64,000 bases of DNA, taken from positions 1-64,000 of the IMG/VR virus record IMGVR_UViG_3300017909_004140; one strand, written 5' to 3'. This document shows positions 47,453 through 55,884 of the stretch, one piece after another. Both the position numbers and the translations under genes were made by a program. The number at the start of each line of letters is the position of its first letter. Within the stretch, counting starts at the first letter, position 1. Source of the stretch: a virus. Its lineage: Duplodnaviria; Caudoviricetes. Below the pieces are notes generated by a model. The model did not search any database, had not been told where the DNA came from, and saw only the letters and a list, made by a program, of their open reading frames with translations.

Positions 47453-48257
47453 TATAATCCAGAATATTTTTCCAAGAAATATTTACGTGATTTTCTAATT
47501 CAGTTATATTTGCTTTAGTAAATTTTTGGTATTGCTTTTTTAAATTTTCAGGCATTGGTATATATTTAATCTGTACATTGTATTTTTTAGCTATCTTACG
47601 TCCTATAGCTTCAAAACTTGTAGGATTACCTGTTCCTACATTAAATATACCGTTTTCTGACTTACTCAGCATTTGTTTATGTACTTCGCAAACATCTTCT
47701 ACACAAACAAAATCTCTTTTAAAATTCTCACTATCTTCAAATAAAGTAATCTCTTTTTTATTTATCGCCTGATCAGTAAATTTGGTGTAAGGACTTGCCA
47801 TATCTTTTTTATGTTCTTCTCCTTTTTTACCGTAAACGTTAAAATATCTAAAGCCTTGTACTGTAATATCTTTACCATAATCTGTTTCACGAATGTGCCT
47901 ATCAAACAAGTATTTTGTCCACGCATAGGGAGACTGAGGATTTAAAGACTTGTTTTCTGTAAAATGATTTGTATTACCGTATACGCTAGCACTTGATGCA
48001 TATTGAAAAATTTTAACTTTTTGTGCTATTGCCTCTTTTAATAAAGACTTACTAAAATCATAGTTTTGAAGTACTATCTGATCTACGTCTGAATAAGTTG
48101 TAGAGCTTATCGCCCCAAGATGAATAACTGCGTCTATATTTTTTAGTAAAGGAAATCCGTTTGACCACTCCCAGCCCGTTACTTCATGTTCGTTTTTTAA
48201 ATACTCATAAAGATTACTACCAATAAATCCTTTGTGTCCTGTAATCAGTATTTTCAT
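47439..48257 (-). CDS. hldD: ADP-L-glycero-D-manno-heptose 6-epimerase-like protein
   Basis: GHKGFIG, HLGAISSTT, YASSASVYG, FRYFNVYG..E.HK..MAS, RDFVCV, YQKFTKA. Confidence 0.85.
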   Translation of the reverse strand: MKILITGHKGFIGSNLYEYLKNEHEVTGWEWSNGFPLLKNIDAVIHLGAISSTTYSDVDQIVLQNYDFSKSLLKEAIAQKVKIFQYASSASVYGNTNHFTENKSLNPQSPYAWTKYLFDRHIRETDYGKDITVQGFRYFNVYGKKGEEHKKDMASPYTKFTDQAINKKEITLFEDSENFKRDFVCVEDVCEVHKQMLSKSENGIFNVGTGNPTSFEAIGRKIAKKYNVQIKYIPMPENLKKQYQKFTKANITELENHVNISWKNILDYIDNV

Positions 48258-49099
48258 TTTACTGTCTCTATTATTGTTTTAGCCCAATTATCAGTAGAAT
48301 ATTTTTGAACTGTTTTTCTTCCGTGTTCAGCTATCTCATGTCTTTCTTTTGCGTTTTTCAAATAGTATGAAATTTTATCTTTACAGTCTTCTACACTATC
48401 AAACGTAATAAAATCTTTTCCTACTTCCCAATCGTTTTCCATCAATTCCCATTTTTCAGTCAAGAAAAAACTTCCACAAGCTAATACTTTATATACTCTA
48501 TCTGAGGTTCCTTCTTTATTAGTGGTAAATCCTAAATTGATTTTTGACTGATTTACTACTTTAGTATACTCATGTCCATAAGAATTATTAAAGTTTTTAA
48601 AACCTACTTGTTGAAAATAACCTCCTCGATGATCTTTTAAATATCCAACAAAGCTTGAGTCATAAATTTTTTCAAGTTTCATAGGGCGGTGTAATGTAGG
48701 GTGAAAACCTTCTTGCAAATAGTAACTGTTTGGGTTTGTTTCTTTGAAAATATTTGATAGTTTTTCATACGCGGAAAAAATATAATTGCTATGTTTTACT
48801 TTTTCCATCCACTCACTATCAGCATTCACTAGCGGGTCCATATACCAACACGCAACTTTACAATACTCTTTTGCCTTTTTTATAACATCAATATTTATTG
48901 TATTACCTTTACTGATTAATAGTAAATCAGGAGTATCACTTTTTATTATATTTATAATAGCCTCATCTCTTTGTTTTAAAGAATAAGACCCTATATCTCT
49001 CATATCAAAAGTACTAAGATCAGATACTTTATCAAGGGCTTCTGCTTGCCCTATATTAGTAGAGTTATTTGTAAACACTCCTACATATAAGATTTTCAT
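48254..49099 (-). CDS. CgeB-type (GT-B) glycosyltransferase
   Basis: WYMDP, SFVG, SKINL, SDRVYKVLACG, IAEHG. Confidence 0.8.
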   Translation of the reverse strand: MKILYVGVFTNNSTNIGQAEALDKVSDLSTFDMRDIGSYSLKQRDEAIINIIKSDTPDLLLISKGNTINIDVIKKAKEYCKVACWYMDPLVNADSEWMEKVKHSNYIFSAYEKLSNIFKETNPNSYYLQEGFHPTLHRPMKLEKIYDSSFVGYLKDHRGGYFQQVGFKNFNNSYGHEYTKVVNQSKINLGFTTNKEGTSDRVYKVLACGSFFLTEKWELMENDWEVGKDFITFDSVEDCKDKISYYLKNAKERHEIAEHGRKTVQKYSTDNWAKTIIETVK

Positions 49100-50013
49100 T
49101 TCAGAAAACTCTTTACTCTTTCTATAACGTAGTCAGTATCAGGATTCCAACCTCCTTCATGAATAACTTCTCTTTTACTATTAAAAGGATTCCAATCTGT
49201 GGCGTATCTATGAATATTTTGTGGTATAGTCATTACTACCATATCTGTATCACATAGAGAAGCTAAATGTGCTGGACCACTACAAGTAGTTACTAAAAAC
49301 TTGCATTTATTTAGATACGAAACCGTATCTTCTATTGATATGCCTCGTAAGTCATCACAGTAGTTTGGTACTACAGATTCGTGTTTTGTACCGATAGCTC
49401 CTAGTTTGTAACCTTCTTTATGAAGAAACGAACAAAGCTTATCCCAAGACTGCCCAGGCCAGTTTTTATTACTAGTTCCGTGATGAAAAGCTTTTCTTGC
49501 GTGAATCAGTGCTTTATAGGGAGACTTTTTTATTGTTTTGCTTTTATATTTGTGAAATAGTTGAGAGCTAAGAAATTTTGGTAGTCTTTCTTCTCTGCCT
49601 GGTCCATCAGCATGATAGTCAACTAAAAAAGTATGAGATGGTATATATAAACAGTTATCTTCTGTTAACCCTAACTTTTCCATAACGTTATTTTTTATAT
49701 CCTTCGGCTGAATATCGGAATGCGGAGTAGGCCAGTCTTGACAAAGTGCTCCGGTAATATTCTCTCCTGGACAGTTGAATTCAATATATGAATCGCAGAA
49801 ATCCTCGTAGATAAAACTTCTTCCCGTTCTGCTAATTATGTTAAATGTTTTTAGGTGTGGGTTATCTCTTCTCATTTTTCTCAAATAACCCTGACAGCCG
49901 AATAACTCCCAACCGAATTCTCCTACCCAAGGACCAAATAATACGTGCTCTACATTTTTGACTTTTTCACTCATTTCATTATGATTTAAATGCATATTAA
50001 CCCTCGATATCAA
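49096..50013 (-). CDS. GT9-like glycosyltransferase
   Basis: GPWVGEFGWE, KNWP, DLRG, SGPAHLA. Confidence 0.7.
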   Translation of the reverse strand: MISRVNMHLNHNEMSEKVKNVEHVLFGPWVGEFGWELFGCQGYLRKMRRDNPHLKTFNIISRTGRSFIYEDFCDSYIEFNCPGENITGALCQDWPTPHSDIQPKDIKNNVMEKLGLTEDNCLYIPSHTFLVDYHADGPGREERLPKFLSSQLFHKYKSKTIKKSPYKALIHARKAFHHGTSNKNWPGQSWDKLCSFLHKEGYKLGAIGTKHESVVPNYCDDLRGISIEDTVSYLNKCKFLVTTCSGPAHLASLCDTDMVVMTIPQNIHRYATDWNPFNSKREVIHEGGWNPDTDYVIERVKSFLK

Positions 50014-50701
50014 TACTGTTCCATAAATTATCCCAATTTACTACAGGACTCATATGAAATGGTGTTAGATGTGTAGAACAACCAGGTACAGGAGATATAC
50101 AAGGGTGTGTTTGGAACATTTCTTTTGTTGGGTTATGTGGAGCAGTTTCATTTATAAGATCCCAACACTCTAACCAAGTTTTTGTTTTACCAGCAAAAGT
50201 ATATGTTGTTGAGGGATTGGTTCTCCAGTGTCTGTCTGTATCTACCATTAAAAAACAAGGAGTCTTATCTTTGGTATACCTATCAGGGTAATCCATTGTA
50301 GTAACCCAGTTATTCCATTTTGTAAAAATTAGTTTCATAGCAGAGATTGCGTCTGGAGTATGTAGGTAATCATCTTCAACTACGTAATGAACCTCTTCTG
50401 GATCGCTCATATCTAACTGTGTTTTTAAAAATTCTAACATTTTAAAGGTGTGAAGCCTGTCGTGAATATCGTGTTTAGGAATTTCTAAAAAAGTTGTGTT
50501 CTCATAAGAATTTTTTTCTATAAAATCCATTGTTTCTTGTGTTACATCATCATGCAATATGAAAACTTCATCAGACTCTTCAATTCCATCATAAATAGAT
50601 TTCCAACATTTGCGAACAGTTTTCCACTTAGGAATTTCATCCCACCTAGGAACTCCACTAACACTTTCTTGTTTTTCACAGCATCGAAAGTAAATTTTCA
50701 T
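49997..50701 (-). CDS. GT-A-like glycosyltransferase
   Basis: HYVVEDDYLH, DYPDRY, STTYTFA, SPVPG.STH. Confidence 0.6.
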   Translation of the reverse strand: MKIYFRCCEKQESVSGVPRWDEIPKWKTVRKCWKSIYDGIEESDEVFILHDDVTQETMDFIEKNSYENTTFLEIPKHDIHDRLHTFKMLEFLKTQLDMSDPEEVHYVVEDDYLHTPDAISAMKLIFTKWNNWVTTMDYPDRYTKDKTPCFLMVDTDRHWRTNPSTTYTFAGKTKTWLECWDLINETAPHNPTKEMFQTHPCISPVPGCSTHLTPFHMSPVVNWDNLWNSIDIEG

Positions 50702-51416
50702 CTATAACTACTCCTAACCCACAACTACCATAAAAACCAAGATGTTTGTAGTTGTCTTCTTTATATTCATCTTCAAAAGCTTTTCTCTCCCAAAATTGTT
50801 TTATCCATTCTGGTCTAGAAATAAATTTTAACTCCTCTTCTTCTGCATTTACAGAGAAAGACCATTCATGATATACAATTGTCGCTTTTGGGTATTTTTT
50901 CTTAATTTCTTTTGCGATAGCATAACAAAATATCTGTCTATGATCTGCATCAACAAATATTAAATCATACTCATCTTCTGAGTCTTTTATAAACTCTATT
51001 GCGTCCCCTTTGTAAAAAGAGATATTTTCATTTTCTAGGTATTCTTTGTACTTATCACACATTCTATGAGGTACTTTAACATCTACCCCGTCAAACTGGG
51101 AATCTTCCGGTAAAGCTTCTCTAATTAGGCTTCCGCTGATTCCTTGAGCTACTCCTATCTCTAGTACTTTTTGTGGTTTAAGTTTTTTAAGTAGTGTATA
51201 AAAAACTCTGGCCTCGTTGTAATCAAGAGTGCCAGAGCCTGCCCATTCTCCTCCATAGTCTGCGTGTGCTTCTATAGATTGCTTTAAAAACCAACTATCC
51301 CACATTTCATTAAAATTTTCTGTCTCTTCTTCCCATGAAGAGAAACAGTTATTTAATTGAGAAATAAAGGTAAGGCTAGTTTCGGAATAACTTTTTGTAT
51401 CTTTTTGTTTAATCAT
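50676..51416 (-). CDS. Class I SAM-dependent methyltransferase
   Basis: VLEIGVAQGIS, YDLIFVDADH; start moved to 51416 after the AAGGAAG SD. Confidence 0.85.
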   Translation of the reverse strand: MIKQKDTKSYSETSLTFISQLNNCFSSWEEETENFNEMWDSWFLKQSIEAHADYGGEWAGSGTLDYNEARVFYTLLKKLKPQKVLEIGVAQGISGSLIREALPEDSQFDGVDVKVPHRMCDKYKEYLENENISFYKGDAIEFIKDSEDEYDLIFVDADHRQIFCYAIAKEIKKKYPKATIVYHEWSFSVNAEEEELKFISRPEWIKQFWERKAFEDEYKEDNYKHLGFYGSCGLGVVIDENLLSML

Positions 51417-51435
51417 TTTTCTTCCTTTAAATAGT

Positions 51436-51463
51436 ATTATACACAAATTGTAAAAATTTTCAA
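51436..51463 (-). promoter_or_regulatory. Promoter of the glycan operon
   Basis: TTGAAA-N16-TATAAT with an extended -10 TG. Confidence 0.6.
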
Positions 51464-51494
51464 GTTACTAGATTGGTGGGTAAACTGTGAAATT

Positions 51495-51522
51495 AAAAAA
51501 AGGGAGGTGAAATCACCTCCCT
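51495..51522 (-). terminator. Intrinsic terminator
   Basis: AGGGAGGTGA-TT-TCACCTCCCT followed by a T-run on the minus strand. Confidence 0.85.
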
Positions 51523-51546
51523 CTCATAGAGTATCTTATGTGTTAA

Positions 51547-51870
51547 TTAAAACTTGATTTTTCCGCCGATAACAGTTTCAGAGTGTTTGAAGCCATCATC
51601 AAAATCATTTTTCATATATAAAGTAACATTTCCTACAGGCTGAGCAAAATCTACTTCGTATTTAGAAATATTAAATTTCATGTTATCTGCTGTAGTATCT
51701 TTCATTGTTACACCAAAAGAAGCCATTCCATAACCGACAGAGCCGTATACAGAGTTAATTTCTGCTTCTAATTCTCTCTCTGTTCCAATAGTTAGATTAG
51801 GTTTAAGACCTTCTGCTAATACCGTAAGGGGGGTAGCTGCTAAAATAGTAGCAATAATTATTTTTTTCAT
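51547..51870 (-). CDS. Small outer-membrane beta-barrel-like protein
   Basis: Signal peptide MKKIIIATILAATPLTVLA, alternating beta-strand pattern, C-terminal Phe (GGKIKF). Confidence 0.6.
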   Translation of the reverse strand: MKKIIIATILAATPLTVLAEGLKPNLTIGTERELEAEINSVYGSVGYGMASFGVTMKDTTADNMKFNISKYEVDFAQPVGNVTLYMKNDFDDGFKHSETVIGGKIKF

Positions 51871-51929
51871 TATGTAACCTTTCATCTCATAAAAATACAC
51901 TTAATAGTTTTCTATTAAGTGTTAATAGT

Positions 51930-52386
51930 TGTGGCCCGTTCTGTTGCTAGGTGGTGCCATACCCCATTAGACTATGCCGCTAAGGGCATATCCATAGGTG
52001 CAAAATTATCGTTTGCAATTGTTTTATTCTTGCGGTTAAGGTCGCTTGCGCACCTGTCTCTCGATTTGATTTTTATTGAGTCTGTCGATCCTATTTCGCC
52101 CCCATCATAAAAGCACGCGTATCAAACAAAATTGCTCATAGTTTTCTTCAAATCCTGTTTCATAATCTGCAAGAGGAGCTCCATTACTTCCAGAAACCCA
52201 GAGTCTTCTGAAATATCCGTCATAGGAATCTTCTACTTGCTGAGGAGTTACTTTACGAAGGTCTCCCTTAACCATATAGTAAACTCTACATTTTTCTTTG
52301 AATGTTACCATGCGTTTATGGTGGAGGCGCCGGGTACCGCCCCCGGGTCCAGTCCGCCTATTCTATCTCTTCTCAAACGAGACAAT
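51930..52386 (-). ncRNA. ssrA: Circularly permuted two-piece tmRNA (alphaproteobacterial type)
   Basis: Acceptor piece ~52386-52319 ends GGACCCGGGGGCGGTACCCGGCGCCTCCACCA. Coding piece starts GGGGGCGAAATAGGATCGAC at 52103. The 7-bp acceptor stem has G3-U70. Tag at 52016-51972 = ANDNFAPMDMPLAA-stop. Outer ends are approximate. Confidence 0.93.
52105..52311 (-). CDS. 68-aa ORF nested in the tmRNA intervening segment
   Basis: ATG 7 nt after CCA; TGA ends 1 nt before G1 of the coding piece. Confidence 0.65.
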   Translation of the reverse strand: MVTFKEKCRVYYMVKGDLRKVTPQQVEDSYDGYFRRLWVSGSNGAPLADYETGFEENYEQFCLIRVLL

Positions 52387-52737
52387 TTATTCCTTGAAAA
52401 ATAGCTCTAGTTCGTCTAATATCCAAGTACTAATTTCTAAAGTACCAAATAATATAATTAGCATAAAAGGCACTATTATAAATAAAAATATAGTTAGCAC
52501 TATTTTTTGCCAGCGATTACATTTTTCTACATAAAAATGAGCAAATAGTCTTAATCCGGCTTTAATTTTTTCTTTTAACCAATCTCCGAAGAAATTACGA
52601 AAAAGTCGCATTACTATTAATATAGGAGAAGTTATAACATCCCATACAAGTAATACTACGTCTACTATTAGATCAATAATATGATCTATTGTAAACCAGT
52701 TTTTTATTCTGTTTTTGAAATTATTTTTGTAAACCAA
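52387..52737 (-). CDS. Membrane protein (two hydrophobic segments)
   Basis: IIDLIVDVVLLVW...ILIV and IVLTIFLFIIVPFMLIILF. Confidence 0.75.
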   Translation of the reverse strand: MVYKNNFKNRIKNWFTIDHIIDLIVDVVLLVWDVITSPILIVMRLFRNFFGDWLKEKIKAGLRLFAHFYVEKCNRWQKIVLTIFLFIIVPFMLIILFGTLEISTWILDELELFFKE

Positions 52738-52994
52738 CGAGATTTGCCTAACTGTTCTTCTAGTTTGGCAGCTTGCACTCTAGCTTTAGAAAACGAATCA
52801 AATTTTGTGGGGTGTTGAACACCGTCTATTTCGTCACACATGAGTCCTATTTCGTCTGATTCAATACTGTGTATTTCTACTAAATAATAAACTTCTGTCA
52901 TTTTAACTTCTTCTTTTAATTTTTTAAAGTCTACTGTTTCTGTTTCTATTAAAACATGGATAGATTTAATAGACCAAGTTAGCTCATCAGACAC
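52704..52994 (-). CDS. Hypothetical protein
   Basis: 96-aa ORF in the operon. Confidence 0.6.
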   Translation of the reverse strand: MSDELTWSIKSIHVLIETETVDFKKLKEEVKMTEVYYLVEIHSIESDEIGLMCDEIDGVQHPTKFDSFSKARVQAAKLEEQLGKSRWFTKIISKTE

Positions 52995-52996
52995 GA

Positions 52997-53197
52997 CTAT
53001 AACGACATTTCTTCTTTTTTACGTTCTAGTCTTTTAATTCTAGCTACCGCTTCTTTGTGTTTGATACGTCTTTTTTCGCCTTTAGTAATATGGTATCTTT
53101 TTTCTTTTAGCTTTTTAAAAATACCTTCTGTGTTTAATTTTCTACTAAGAATTTTGTAGGCTTTTCCCACATCATTATTTCGTACTTTAATATACAT
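52997..53197 (-). CDS. rpsU: 30S ribosomal protein bS21
   Basis: IKVRNNDVGKAYKILSRKLNTEGIFKKLKEKRYH..KGEKRR matches the alphaproteobacterial-type S21 pattern. Confidence 0.88.
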   Translation of the reverse strand: MYIKVRNNDVGKAYKILSRKLNTEGIFKKLKEKRYHITKGEKRRIKHKEAVARIKRLERKKEEMSL

Positions 53198-53448
53198 TAT
53201 AAACCCAATTTTTGTAATGATTCCTTAATTGTTAGTTTAGACTCCAACTTCTTGTGTAGAGTATCATTTTTGTATACCATTACGCAAGGAAAAAGTGTGA
53301 TATTTAACTCACTAGCTTTTTCCGACTGATAATCGTATATCTCTGACTGTGTAATAGAGGGATGACGTTTTTTAATTTGACTAAATAATCGACTAATGTA
53401 GTCAAAATTATGTGGATTTTTATAGAATCCTACTAGTTTGTAATTCAT
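53197..53448 (-). CDS. Thioredoxin-fold-like small protein lacking CxxC
   Basis: ASELNITLFPCVMVYKND resembles the thioredoxin cis-Pro strand. Confidence 0.45.
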   Translation of the reverse strand: MNYKLVGFYKNPHNFDYISRLFSQIKKRHPSITQSEIYDYQSEKASELNITLFPCVMVYKNDTLHKKLESKLTIKESLQKLGL

Positions 53449-53532
53449 ATTCGCTCTTGCCTATATGATAAGTTTTTGTTATTATATATTTAATGAGTTT
53501 TCTCTCTTTATTTTTAACTCAAATCTTAAATC

Positions 53533-53561
53533 ATTATAGTATATTGATAACTAGCTGTCAA
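53533..53561 (-). promoter_or_regulatory. Perfect-consensus sigma70 promoter of the bS21-tmRNA operon
   Basis: TTGACA-N17-TATAAT. Confidence 0.85.
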
Positions 53562-53644
53562 TAACTTTCTTGATTAAAACAAAAAATACGCTTTTATCGT
53601 TGCTAGAAGCTTAAAAACAATATATAATAGGATTATAAAATAAA

Positions 53645-53836
53645 ATGTCAAAGTATTTAGAAGCAAAAACATACTTCAGAGATTTATCTAATAAAGGTAT
53701 AGCACAAGCAGATGAATTATTTGAAGAAGCAGAACAAATTAGAAGCTCATTGGGAGATATAGCATATGCCCATTTTATTATGAATTGCTATGACGATCTT
53801 TTCAATGTTCAATTACCGAATATCAAAAATAATTAG
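53645..53836 (+). CDS. Hypothetical protein
   Basis: 63-aa ORF after a divergent TTGCTA-N17-TATAAT promoter. Confidence 0.65.
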   Translation: MSKYLEAKTYFRDLSNKGIAQADELFEEAEQIRSSLGDIAYAHFIMNCYDDLFNVQLPNIKNN

Positions 53837-53845
53837 AGTAAATAA

Positions 53846-54979
53846 ATGAGACTAGAAGAAGACCTTAAATTAGACTATAAAGATGTATTAATTCGTCCAA
53901 AAAGATCTGTACTTGGTAGTCGTAAAGAGGTAGATCTAAAAAGAGGATTTACTTTTCGTAACTATAACGGCAGTAAAAAAAATGATAGACACTGGCGCGG
54001 TATTCCTTTAATGGCAGCAAATATGGACGGTGTTGGTACATTTGAAATGGCAGATACTTTGTCTGAGCATTACATTTTTACCTGTCTGAAAAAAACTTAT
54101 TCTGTTAGTGATCTCGTTATGTTTTTTGACACCAATACTTATTTGCGTACCGAGTATGTTGCGATGAGTATTGGTATCACAGAGAGCGACCATCAAAAGT
54201 TTCGTGATGTGTATGAACAAGCTGATACTAGTCTAAAATATGTTTGTATTGATGTGGCAAATGGATATAGTCAGAGATTTCTAGACTTTGTTAAGAATTT
54301 CAGAAAACTATACCCTAATATTGTAATTATTGCTGGTAATGTTGTTACAGCAGATCAAACACAGGAGTTAATTTTAAATGGAGCCGATATTGTTAAAGTG
54401 GGCATTGGCCCTGGGTCTGTTTGTACTACTAGGATTCAAACGGGTGTTGGTTATCCTCAGCTTAGTGCTGTTATTGAGTGTGCTGATGCCGCACACGGTC
54501 TTGGAGGTCACATCATTGCTGATGGCGGATGTACATGCCCTGGTGATGTGGCTAAAGCCTTCGCTGGCGGAGCAGATTTTGTAATGCTGGGTGGTATGCT
54601 TGCCGGACACGATGAAGGCGGTGGCGAAGTAATTACTAAAATTTATGAAACTAATGAAGTAACAAAAACTAATGACGGATTCTTTGAATCGGTTTATGAA
54701 GAACGTAAGTTTGTACAGTTCTATGGAATGAGTTCTAAAGCAGCTAATGAAAAGCATTTTGGAGGACTAAAAGAATACAGGTCTTCTGAAGGCAGAGAAG
54801 TGCTAATTCCATATAAAGGAGCAGTGTCTAGTACTATTCAAAACATATTAGGAGGAATTAGATCTGCTTGCACATATGCTGGAGCTGTTAGGCTAAAGCA
54901 TTTATCGTTGTGTACTACGTTTGTTCGGTGTACACAAACTCATAATTCTGTTTATGAGAGTAGTACTATTGGTGATTAA
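53846..54979 (+). CDS. guaC: GMP reductase
   Basis: [60 protein letters not shown]. Confidence 0.95.
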   Translation: MRLEEDLKLDYKDVLIRPKRSVLGSRKEVDLKRGFTFRNYNGSKKNDRHWRGIPLMAANMDGVGTFEMADTLSEHYIFTCLKKTYSVSDLVMFFDTNTYLRTEYVAMSIGITESDHQKFRDVYEQADTSLKYVCIDVANGYSQRFLDFVKNFRKLYPNIVIIAGNVVTADQTQELILNGADIVKVGIGPGSVCTTRIQTGVGYPQLSAVIECADAAHGLGGHIIADGGCTCPGDVAKAFAGGADFVMLGGMLAGHDEGGGEVITKIYETNEVTKTNDGFFESVYEERKFVQFYGMSSKAANEKHFGGLKEYRSSEGREVLIPYKGAVSSTIQNILGGIRSACTYAGAVRLKHLSLCTTFVRCTQTHNSVYESSTIGD

Positions 54980-55001
54980 CCCATTTATAATAGGAGATAA
55001 A

Positions 55002-55277
55002 ATGGTAAAAAGTAAAGGGTTAGTATTTAAAGGTTTTTATTCTTTCAATGCATTAGTAGAAAATGCACCTTATCTAGTTAAATGGAATGCAAAAGAAGCA
55101 TTATCCTGGCTAGAAGAGGCACGTATGCTAGTAGAAACTGAGATTCAAGAAAAATCATATAACAAAGCAGTAGAACAAGTTAACAATTTTCTTGACTCTT
55201 ACGAAAAAAAATCTTATTATGATAAAAAAGAAGTTTGGGGAATCTATCCTTCTGACAGAGCAATTCCTTATTTTTAA
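55002..55277 (+). CDS. Hypothetical protein
   Basis: AGGAG SD before ATG 55002. Confidence 0.7.
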   Translation: MVKSKGLVFKGFYSFNALVENAPYLVKWNAKEALSWLEEARMLVETEIQEKSYNKAVEQVNNFLDSYEKKSYYDKKEVWGIYPSDRAIPYF

Positions 55278-55292
55278 TGCGGAGAACTATAA

Positions 55293-55655
55293 ATGATTAA
55301 TCCTTATGAGTTTGCTTTTAGAAAAGTAAAGAAAATAGTAAACTATGATGCTACTGAAGACGAGAAACTAGAAGCAGTAGATAAAACTATGGCTATTCTA
55401 GCTACCAAGGTTACTAGTAAGAGCTGGTTTTACTCTCATCCTTCTTTTAATGATAAATTTTATTCTGATAGAGGAACCTCAAAAACAGGAGATACTCTTA
55501 ATATGAATAATCCTTGGCATATTTTCTTTACTAATCTTCTTTTTAATATTAGCTCTATCACTGATGTGAAAAAAGAAATATGGTATCTAGAAAATAGTGT
55601 TAATTATAGAGATTGGATTGTAGAGAATGTCCGAAAAAAGAGAGTCGCATCATAA
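55293..55655 (+). CDS. Hypothetical protein
   Basis: GGAG SD; 120 aa. Confidence 0.7.
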   Translation: MINPYEFAFRKVKKIVNYDATEDEKLEAVDKTMAILATKVTSKSWFYSHPSFNDKFYSDRGTSKTGDTLNMNNPWHIFFTNLLFNISSITDVKKEIWYLENSVNYRDWIVENVRKKRVAS

Positions 55656-55884
55656 TTTTATGATGAGAAAACTTAGAGAAATGTGGTCTACAGAAGAAGA
55701 GAACAAACGTTCTCTTCTAGGAGTTAATTTTAGAGGAGAACCAGAAAGTTTACTAAACTATGAAGTACCTCAATTAAGAGCAAAAATAGGAGAGCTTCGT
55801 GCAGAAGTAGAAGCTCTCAAAGCCGATAACGCTGAACTAACAAAATGTTATTATGAAGTTTTAAGGAAAATTGACGATGCCTGA
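55627..55884 (+). CDS. Small coiled-coil protein
   Basis: Heptad pattern in the C-terminal half. Confidence 0.65.
   Translation: MSEKRESHHNFMMRKLREMWSTEEENKRSLLGVNFRGEPESLLNYEVPQLRAKIGELRAEVEALKADNAELTKCYYEVLRKIDDA

Noticed and set aside
36672-51446. Bacterial O-antigen locus, implying a prophage or host contamination
   Set aside because: It is flanked by phage genes with the same tight packing, and no wzx/wzy/wzz, integrase or host housekeeping context is present
52319-52352. Stand-alone tRNA-Ala gene
   Set aside because: There is no anticodon arm; the T-arm/CCA belongs to the permuted tmRNA
51919-52534. Plus-strand ORFs 51919-52110, 52132-52404 and 52298-52534
   Set aside because: They are antisense to tmRNA and its operon, with no SD or motifs; shadow ORFs
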